A stretch of DNA of 64,000 nt from TPA_inf: Saccharomyces (lineage: Eukaryota): the NCBI GenBank assembly GCA_000146045.2, contig BK006948.2, positions 288,001 to 352,000 of the forward strand, in the 5' to 3' direction. Shown in pieces: positions 56,335-64,000 of the stretch. Below the pieces are notes generated by a model, which was not told where the DNA came from, ran no database searches, and saw only the letters and a program-made list of their open reading frames with translations. Within the stretch, counting starts at the first letter, position 1; every line of letters starts with the position of its first letter. The position numbers were made by a program, and so were the translations under genes.

Positions 56335-57798
56335 ATGGCTTACTCTAAAATCACATTACTAGCCGCTCTTGCTGCTATTGCTTACGCTCAAACCCAAGCA
56401 CAAATCAACGAATTGAACGTTGTTTTAGATGATGTTAAGACCAACATTGCCGACTACATCACCCTATCCTACACTCCAAATTCAGGTTTTTCCTTGGACC
56501 AAATGCCAGCTGGTATTATGGATATTGCTGCGCAATTGGTTGCAAATCCAAGTGATGACTCCTACACCACTTTGTACTCTGAAGTGGACTTTTCTGCTGT
56601 TGAGCATATGTTGACTATGGTCCCATGGTACTCTTCTAGACTGCTTCCAGAATTAGAAGCAATGGATGCTTCTCTAACTACCTCAAGTTCTGCTGCCACA
56701 TCTTCAAGTGAAGTTGCTAGCTCTTCTATTGCTTCATCCACTAGCTCTTCTGTTGCACCATCCTCAAGTGAAGTTGTCAGCTCTTCCGTTGCACCATCCT
56801 CAAGTGAAGTTGTCAGCTCTTCCGTTGCACCATCCTCAAGTGAAGTTGTCAGCTCTTCCGTTGCTTCATCCTCAAGTGAAGTTGCCAGCTCCTCTGTTGC
56901 GCCATCCTCAAGTGAAGTTGTCAGCTCTTCCGTTGCTTCATCCTCAAGTGAAGTTGCCAGCTCCTCTGTTGCGCCATCCTCAAGTGAAGTTGTCAGCTCT
57001 TCCGTTGCACCATCCTCAAGTGAAGTTGTCAGCTCTTCCGTTGCTTCATCCTCAAGTGAAGTTGCCAGCTCCTCTGTTGCGCCATCCTCAAGTGAAGTTG
57101 TCAGCTCTTCCGTTGCTTCTTCTACAAGCGAAGCTACTAGTTCTTCTGCTGTCACATCTTCCTCCGCTGTTTCCTCTTCGACCGAGTCTGTTAGCTCTTC
57201 CTCTGTCAGTTCTTCCTCAGCCGTTTCCTCTTCTGAAGCTGTCAGTTCCTCTCCAGTTTCCTCAGTTGTTTCATCTTCGGCCGGACCTGCTAGCTCAAGC
57301 GTTGCTCCTTACAACTCAACCATTGCTAGCTCTTCTTCCACTGCCCAGACTTCTATCTCGACCATTGCTCCTTACAACTCCACAACCACCACCACCCCAG
57401 CTAGTTCTGCTTCCAGCGTTATTATCTCAACCAGAAACGGTACCACTGTTACTGAAACTGACAACACTCTTGTCACCAAAGAAACCACTGTCTGTGACTA
57501 CTCTTCAACATCTGCCGTTCCAGCTTCCACCACCGGTTACAACAATTCTACTAAGGTTTCAACCGCTACTATCTGCAGTACATGCAAAGAAGGTACCTCT
57601 ACTGCAACTGACTTCTCTACACTAAAGACTACAGTTACCGTATGTGACTCCGCCTGTCAAGCTAAGAAGTCTGCTACCGTTGTTAGCGTTCAATCTAAAA
57701 CTACCGGTATCGTTGAACAAACCGAAAACGGTGCTGCCAAGGCTGTTATCGGTATGGGTGCCGGTGCTTTAGCTGCTGTTGCCGCCATGCTACTATGA
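56335..57798 (+). CDS. TIR4: Seripauperin/TIR-family cell-wall mannoprotein, GPI-anchored, hypoxia-induced
   Basis: 487-aa ORF with a signal peptide, a conserved PAU/TIR N-terminal domain (…YTTLYSEVDFSAVEHMLTMVPWYSSRLLPELE…), a long Ser-rich repeat region and a C-terminal GPI signal (…GAGALAAVAAMLL). Confidence 0.9.
   Translation: MAYSKITLLAALAAIAYAQTQAQINELNVVLDDVKTNIADYITLSYTPNSGFSLDQMPAGIMDIAAQLVANPSDDSYTTLYSEVDFSAVEHMLTMVPWYSSRLLPELEAMDASLTTSSSAATSSSEVASSSIASSTSSSVAPSSSEVVSSSVAPSSSEVVSSSVAPSSSEVVSSSVASSSSEVASSSVAPSSSEVVSSSVASSSSEVASSSVAPSSSEVVSSSVAPSSSEVVSSSVASSSSEVASSSVAPSSSEVVSSSVASSTSEATSSSAVTSSSAVSSSTESVSSSSVSSSSAVSSSEAVSSSPVSSVVSSSAGPASSSVAPYNSTIASSSSTAQTSISTIAPYNSTTTTTPASSASSVIISTRNGTTVTETDNTLVTKETTVCDYSSTSAVPASTTGYNNSTKVSTATICSTCKEGTSTATDFSTLKTTVTVCDSACQAKKSATVVSVQSKTTGIVEQTENGAAKAVIGMGAGALAAVAAMLL
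56701..57130 (+). repeat. 36-bp coding minisatellite (~12 tandem units encoding SSSEV[V/A]SSSVA[P/S]) inside TIR4
   Basis: Near-identical direct repeats of tcctcaagtgaagttgtcagctcttccgttgcacca, alternating with a gttgccagctcctctgttgcgcca variant, read directly in the sequence. Confidence 0.9.
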
Positions 57799-58194
57799 TT
57801 TTAGTACGTGTCGAAAATGTTCGTTCCGCTTATGATTATATTATTATTTCAACTTACCAGTTAATGCTTAACTTTTAAACTGTCATATGTACTTCTCTGT
57901 ATTATATAAAAACTGACAACTGGCCTTTTCTATTGTTGATTTCTTTCATCCATCGTTAAATATTTTCAGAATGTGGGCAGGAAGACATGCATGTTTGAAG
58001 GTGCCTATCCTAGCATCATCATAAAAGAAAACGGTAAATCATTTCCGTTTTCAAAACGTACACTACAGCCTCCAGTTGATGAAATCAGTTCTCACAATAA
58101 TTCGAGGTTTAAAAGAAACAGTAAAATTTAAAAAAAACTATTCAATAGATAAATTGGTATATACGAACATTAAAAATTCCATTTAAAAATGAGA

Positions 58195-58950
58195 TTATAA
58201 TAACATGGCGGCAGCGGCCATGACACCAGCACCCATACCGATGACAGCCTTGGCAGCACCGTTTTCAGTTTGTTCGGAAACAGTGCTAGTGGCTTGAACT
58301 TGACCATCACTGATTTGAGAAATGGCGGAGGCTTTGGTGGAAGAAGCAACAGCTGAAGAAACAGCAGAGGAAGAAGCCTTAGTGGAAGAGGCAGCCTTGG
58401 TAGAGGAAGCGACGGTGGAAGAGGTAGCCTCACTGGAAGAAGCGACAGCAGAAGAAGTAGCAGCAGAAGAAGAAGCTTCACTGGAAGAAGCGACGGCAGA
58501 AGAAGTAGCTTCACTGGAGGAAGCGACGGCAGAAGAAGTAGTTTCACTGGAGGAAGCAACAGCGGAAGAAGTAGCAGCAGAAGAAGCTTCAGTAGAAGAG
58601 GCAGCGGTGGTAGAAGTTCCTAACAAGGATTCCAATTCTGGTAGAAGCCTGGAAGAATACCATGGAACCATGGTCAACATCTTGCTAACAGCAGCAAAGT
58701 CAACCTCAGAGTACAAAGTAGTGTAGGAGTCATCAGTGGCGGAAGCCAAAGCTAAACCGATGTCTAAAACACCAGATGGCAGACTGCTTAAGGAAAATCC
58801 AGATGAAGAATCTTCAGCCAAACTAATATATTCTTGCAAGTTGGACTTAACGTCATTCAAAATAACGTTCAATTCGTCAATTTCTTCCTGAGTTTGGGCA
58901 GAAGCCAAAGCAGCGATAGCAGCTAATAAAGCGATCTTGATGTAAGCCAT
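58195..58950 (-). CDS. TIR2: TIR-family cold/hypoxia-induced cell-wall mannoprotein
   Basis: 251-aa ORF with a signal peptide, a PAU/TIR domain (…YTTLYSEVDFAAVSKMLTMVPWYSSRLLPELE…), a Ser/Ala-rich repeat region (SSAVASSSEATS units) and a GPI signal. Confidence 0.9.
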   Translation of the reverse strand: MAYIKIALLAAIAALASAQTQEEIDELNVILNDVKSNLQEYISLAEDSSSGFSLSSLPSGVLDIGLALASATDDSYTTLYSEVDFAAVSKMLTMVPWYSSRLLPELESLLGTSTTAASSTEASSAATSSAVASSSETTSSAVASSSEATSSAVASSSEASSSAATSSAVASSSEATSSTVASSTKAASSTKASSSAVSSAVASSTKASAISQISDGQVQATSTVSEQTENGAAKAVIGMGAGVMAAAAMLL

Positions 58951-59042
58951 TTTTTTGTTATAGTTGAAGCGAGTGTACGAGTGTGTTTTGTATTATTGTG
59001 CTGATAATGGCTAAACTGGAAAAGAAGATGATATGTGAGAGC

Positions 59043-59054
59043 TCTCATTGTTCG
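59043..59054 (+). promoter_or_regulatory. Candidate Rox1 hypoxic-operator site (CTCATTGTTCGA, consensus YYYATTGTTCTC) ~95 bp upstream of the TIR2 start
   Basis: 10/12 match to the Rox1 consensus, including the ATTGTT core. TIR genes are known Rox1 targets. Whether this site functions is my inference. Confidence 0.35.
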
Positions 59055-61678
59055 AATTTCGTTAACTACTTATATATTATTTTCCGTAGTTACGAAAGTT
59101 GAACATTACTTTGTTGTTTTCTTGCTTACTCGTTTACTCACATGATGCTCAGCTATTAAGATAGTTCAGTAGAACATCTTACACTAAACTTTGCACCACA
59201 ATGTTGATGGTTGCTTTGGGAGATCATTACGGAAAAAAAACTCTTGGCTTTCAAGGATTCCCTGCGACCTAACTCTGCACTCCTTCTGCAAGGTACTGTT
59301 TATTTTTTTCGTGTGTCCTTTACGAGGAACGAATAAAGGCTTGAAAGGTAGTTTTAAAGATGAACTTCTTCTTTTCTTTCTTTGCCTATGATTCCTCCAG
59401 GGTTTTCTTGCCTTCTACTTTTGGACAGAAATGTCTTTTTTGGGAAATGTGAGTCTCGTTTGGGAATCTTGGCCGGCCAAGATTTTATAAAGATGTTTCT
59501 GTAGGCAACGCGCTGCTCTAAGCACCGTGGGGAGGCCATGAAATATGATTGCGCGTAGTTCCCCAACGTTACGTTTATTTTTTTCTGGGCATAAAAAAAG
59601 CCAAGACATTCCCCACTGCTTTCCTACAGGCTCTCTATTGTGTATACTTTGCGCTATTGTGTGCTTTGTTGTTGGTCCGAAGATCGCATAAGAGGCACGC
59701 CTCTTATCAATTTCTTTATAGGCGGCTACCGCCAGTGGAGTAAAATTCACGCCTTTTTTGTCCACTCCTTTTTCCGTAAATATTACATAATTAAATAGTC
59801 ACAGCTCTTACGCACCTGTTTGGCCGCACATGAGAGTTAAACGCAAACTCCGCCGAGGCGTCGTTTTTCTAGCTGCTGCTTCACGTTTTATGGAGTCATA
59901 TTCTGGTCTAAAAAAATTATACTAGGCAGGTAATGGATTGTTTTAAGTTTCTTGTTAACTCACATAGGATCTTTTTTGAGTACCTTGTGAAATGGTTAGA
60001 TTTGATACCTTATTTTTTTCCAACATTACATTATTTTAGTATCGTTCAAGTTCTCCTTTACTTTTAGAGATTACGCCTACATTATGTATGCCGAACTTAG
60101 TAGGAACTATTTGTACGCAAAACATGAATTGTTTGTCGTGTCTGCATACATTAGTGTTGACAGTCAGAGAACTTGATTTTAAAAATAAAAGTTTCTTGTT
60201 TACAAAAAAGTATGGTCACCCGGTGTCTTTGCTATAATGGGAACAGAAAACCATTTGCAAGACTACTAAAATACGATTTTGTAATTTGACGTTACAAATA
60301 TAGGGATAGTTGATAAATAGTTACGCGCAGTTAACTTTTCCTCACCAAAGGACAGTTATTTACCTACTGATTGAAAATGTTTTGGCACAGGATACCAGTT
60401 TTCAAATTTATTAATTAATTAAGGAGAAGTGAGAAATGATTAGAAAGCAATTAAGCGGTGAAGGTCTGCTTTTTATACTTACAAGAACGTATTATTAGCA
60501 GCCAACGCACTACAGTTGTTGACTAAGTTTTGTTTTAATTTGATTCGTAGTTGTTGGTCGAATTTTGTTTTGACTTGTTTTCAGTTTCTTTTTTTTTAAT
60601 GCCTGACGTTGAAGAGCACGCAGGCCTATGAAAAAAAAAAATTATACGAGTTACTTGGAATTCGCTCCCATTGCACCAATTTCAGGAAGCGATCAAAAAG
60701 AAAGCAATGTTATTCAACATAACTTTATTCATACTGTAGTAACAATAACTTCATATCAATTAGGATTCACTGTTCATTGACTTATCACTACAATATGGAG
60801 GAAACGTTGCGTAATCGTTGTCGCTATAGATATTGTCCCTCCCTTCCTCTGTGATAGTTCTTCTTTATATAACTTTCACAAAAGCTTCTGCCCTCATAGT
60901 TGCCCTCAATAAACGAAAGGCCAGATGCATACAGGTGCAGTAGTACATCCAAAGAAACATAGGGGCAAAAACCGTGTTCTAATATTAGACTGCATATATC
61001 CCCTTGTCATTAGCTTAAATCATATAGAGTAATATGTACATACAGGTTATTTTATTTGTAGCTTTCCTCCTCTTTATGGAGCAAAGTAAGCCATACGAAC
61101 GGTTTACAATAGAGAGCGTCGTTTGCTTACGTGATTGTCATGTGCCTTCGTAGGCAAAGGGGATTGCACACCTTTTTACTAAACAATAGAAAAGTGAGAA
61201 TTCTCTTATAGGCACTGCTGCTCCTCGTTTCTTTTTACGCGCTGTCGTTCCAGGTCCTTTTTTCGATTAACTACGGTAGTTTCAAAGAGAGTGCCTGAAG
61301 ATCACTCCATATACAGGCTAGATGAACTGTAAACGAGCTCATCAGCAGCGTCCCTTTCAGTGTCACTACAGCCACAGCAGCTTACCTCCTGTACGATGTG
61401 ACAGAGCAAAACACAAATGTGTGTCCTTTCTACTCTTATTTTCCAACTCGAATATAAAGACGGTGCCTTTGCCTTATTTCTAAGGCACTGAACAGTTCTA
61501 AAAGTAAAGTTTTCCCTAGCCTTAGTACCGTTTCTGTGAAGCAGTTATTGAATAGTTATTGGACATAAAAATCCATATTGAAAAAAAAAAAAACATACTT
61601 GAGAAGGCATTAGCTGAATAGTAAAGACTGCTGTAATTCATCTCTCAGTCCTTGCAGTCTGCTTTTTCTGGAATTAAT

Positions 61679-64000
61679 ATGTCAATTTCAAAGTACTTCA
61701 CTCCCGTTGCTGACGGGTCACTCACTTTCAATGGCGCGAACATTCAATTTGGCGCCGATGCTCAAGGCGAGTCAAAAAAGAGTTATGACGCTGAGGACAG
61801 CATGCCGAATCCGGCAAATCAACTAAATGACATAACCTTCCAAGCAGAGGCTGGTGAAATGGTTTTGGTTTTGGGTTATCCCACATCCACTCTATTTAAG
61901 ACTTTGTTTCATGGTAAAACTAGTTTGTCATACTCTCCTCCAGGCTCGATTAAATTTAAAAATAATGAGTTTAAGAGCTTTTCCGAAAAATGTCCCCACC
62001 AAATCATTTACAATAATGAACAAGATGTGCATTTCCCATTTCTAACGGTAGAACAAACAATTGATTTTGCCTTGAGTTGTAAGTTCGATATTCCAAAAGG
62101 TGAGCGCGATCAAATAAGAAATGAACTTCTAAGAGAATTCGGCCTGTCTCATGTATTGAAAACTATTGTAGGAAATGATTTTTTCCGTGGTGTTTCTGGT
62201 GGTGAGCGTAAACGTATTTCTATTATTGAAACGTTTATTGCTAATGGTTCCGTTTATCTATGGGATAATTCTACTAAAGGTTTAGATTCCGCCACAGCTC
62301 TCGATTTTTTGGAAATTCTTAGAAAAATGGCAAAAGCTACTCGTTCTGTAAACTTAGTCAGAATTTCCCAGGCAAGTGATAAAATTGTTGATAAGTTTGA
62401 CAAGATTCTTATGCTATCCGATTCCTACCAGCTTTTCTATGGTACGGTCGATGAGTGTTTGACTTATTTTCGTGACACTTTAGGTATTGAGAAAGATCCT
62501 AACGATTGTATTATTGAATATCTGACCTCTATCTTAAATTTTCAGTTCAAAAATAAAAATTTGGGGAATTTATCAAATTCATCATCTGCTAGCGTTCTCA
62601 AAACCGCAACAGGGGAAGTCACTAAGTATACTTATAATTCTGATTTCGATTTATATGATCAATGGAAACATTCTTCGTACTATAGAAATATAAAGCAGCA
62701 AATCCAGGGGTCTTCAATTGATGACTCCATTAAGGAAGTGGATCCCTCTGATGTCTCACCTATTTTTAATATTCCGTTGAAGAAACAATTATTATTTTGC
62801 ACAAAAAGAGCTTTTCAACGAAGTTTGGGTGATAAAGCTTATATGACGGCACAATTTATTTCTGTCGTTATTCAATCTTTGGTCATTGGTTCACTGTTTT
62901 ACGAAATTCCGTTGACTACCATTGGTTCATACTCAAGAGGTTCTTTAACCTTTTTCTCCATTCTTTTCTTCACTTTTCTTTCTCTTGCAGATATGCCTAT
63001 TGCCTTCCAAAGACAACCCGTCGTTAAAAAGCAATCCCAACTTCACTTCTATACTAACTGGGTTGAAACCCTTTCAACAACAGTGTTCGACTACTGCTTT
63101 AAACTTTGTTTGGTAATTGTATTCAGTATCATCCTATACTTCCTTGCTCACCTGCAATACAAGGCTGCAAGATTTTTCATTTTCCTCCTGTTCCTTTCCT
63201 TTTACAATTTCTGTATGGTGTCCTTATTCGCTTTGACGACACTAGTTGCTCCAACCATTTCAGTTGCAAATTTATTTGCAGGTATTCTGCTACTAGCTAT
63301 AGCAATGTATGCTTCTTACGTCATCTACCTGAAAAATATGCATCCTTGGTTTGTATGGATTGCTTATCTAAATCCTGCAATGTACGCTATGGAGGCAATA
63401 CTGTCTAATGAGCTTTACAATTTGAAGCTGGATTGTAGTGAGACAATTGTTCCAAGAGGTCCTACTTACAACGATGTTCCATTTTCCCATAAGGCCTGTG
63501 CTTGGCAAGGTGCTACTCTGGGTAATGATTACGTTAGAGGCCGTGATTACTTGAAGCAAGGTTTATCCTACACGTATCATCATGTGTGGAGAAACTTTGG
63601 TATTATCATTGGTTTCCTAGTATTCTTTATTGCCTGTACTCTGTTTGCATCTCAATATATTAAGCCTTATTTCAATAAGGATGAAATAGAGCGCAACAAT
63701 AGTCGTTTGACAAGATGGCTACCATTTTTGAATAAAAAGAGAGGTACCAGGTCCTCTGCAAGAAATGACAGTAAGTATGTTGGTATCCCAAAGTCGCACT
63801 CCGTTTCGTCTTCCTCGTCTAGCCTGTCGGCTGTTCCATATCAGATATCACCCTCAAATAAGGAAATGGCTCTAAACGATTATAACGAGCAACCTATCAC
63901 GGAAACAGTAGAGACTCAAAAGCATATCATCTCTTGGAAAAATATCAACTACACAGTTGGTACAAAGAAACTGATTAATAATGCATCCGGTTTCATCAGT
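61679..64000 (+). CDS. AUS1: PDR-subfamily ABC transporter (sterol importer), 5'-partial; runs off the window end
   Basis: The ATG at 61679 opens a frame that has no stop through 64000, which is why the ORF track does not list it. It encodes MSISKYFTPVADGSL… with ABC signature VSGGERKRISIIE, Walker B LWDNSTKGLD, then TM helices. Its position after TIR4/TIR2 matches YOR011W. Confidence 0.85.
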   Translation, partial: MSISKYFTPVADGSLTFNGANIQFGADAQGESKKSYDAEDSMPNPANQLNDITFQAEAGEMVLVLGYPTSTLFKTLFHGKTSLSYSPPGSIKFKNNEFKSFSEKCPHQIIYNNEQDVHFPFLTVEQTIDFALSCKFDIPKGERDQIRNELLREFGLSHVLKTIVGNDFFRGVSGGERKRISIIETFIANGSVYLWDNSTKGLDSATALDFLEILRKMAKATRSVNLVRISQASDKIVDKFDKILMLSDSYQLFYGTVDECLTYFRDTLGIEKDPNDCIIEYLTSILNFQFKNKNLGNLSNSSSASVLKTATGEVTKYTYNSDFDLYDQWKHSSYYRNIKQQIQGSSIDDSIKEVDPSDVSPIFNIPLKKQLLFCTKRAFQRSLGDKAYMTAQFISVVIQSLVIGSLFYEIPLTTIGSYSRGSLTFFSILFFTFLSLADMPIAFQRQPVVKKQSQLHFYTNWVETLSTTVFDYCFKLCLVIVFSIILYFLAHLQYKAARFFIFLLFLSFYNFCMVSLFALTTLVAPTISVANLFAGILLLAIAMYASYVIYLKNMHPWFVWIAYLNPAMYAMEAILSNELYNLKLDCSETIVPRGPTYNDVPFSHKACAWQGATLGNDYVRGRDYLKQGLSYTYHHVWRNFGIIIGFLVFFIACTLFASQYIKPYFNKDEIERNNSRLTRWLPFLNKKRGTRSSARNDSKYVGIPKSHSVSSSSSSLSAVPYQISPSNKEMALNDYNEQPITETVETQKHIISWKNINYTVGTKKLINNASGFIS

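Noticed and set aside
56562-57625. Large ORFs 56562..57155 (−, 197 aa, TEELxxSLED repeats) and 56708..57625 (+, 305 aa, HPQVKLSALPL repeats)
   Set aside because: These are alternate-frame and antisense readings of the TIR4 36-bp minisatellite. Repeat periodicity keeps any frame open.
58170-58726. ORFs 58170..58559 (−) and 58322..58726 (+) with poly-L / EEAT repeats
   Set aside because: Alternate-frame and antisense artefacts of the TIR2 Ser/Ala coding repeat.
60041-60049. TCGTTCAAG resembling the AR1 anaerobic response element (TCGTTYAG)
   Set aside because: It has an extra base relative to the consensus and lies ~1.6 kb from AUS1. Not a confident site.

Overview
The window reads as the pericentromeric region of Saccharomyces cerevisiae chromosome XV, from YOL019W on the left arm across CEN15 to the start of AUS1 (YOR011W). 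Gene order, orientation and protein lengths match that interval gene for gene. Supported content is: 31 protein-coding genes; three Pol III tRNA genes (tRNA-Tyr GUA and tRNA-Pro UGG with introns, tRNA-Arg ACG); a complete point centromere with CDEI/CDEII/CDEIII on the minus strand; one full-length diverged solo Ty1/Ty2 delta LTR 75 bp upstream of tRNA-Pro; a degraded delta fragment upstream of tRNA-Arg; and several coding minisatellites (TIR4, TIR2, SLG1, SIN3, PLB3) and intergenic microsatellites. I found no feature that needs a new biological system to explain it. Every sizeable ORF is a recognisable yeast gene, and the leftover ORF-track entries are antisense or alternate-frame artefacts of low-complexity coding repeats or sit inside an LTR. 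The hunt items worth a second look are the tRNA/LTR insertion scars, the hypoxia-regulated TIR4–TIR2–AUS1 cluster and its repeat arrays, a GC-rich island in the HTZ1/PLB3 divergent promoter, a GC-rich ORF-bearing block between TIR2 and AUS1, and a few annotation ambiguities. Gene names come from my recognition of the translated proteins and their synteny, not from a database search.
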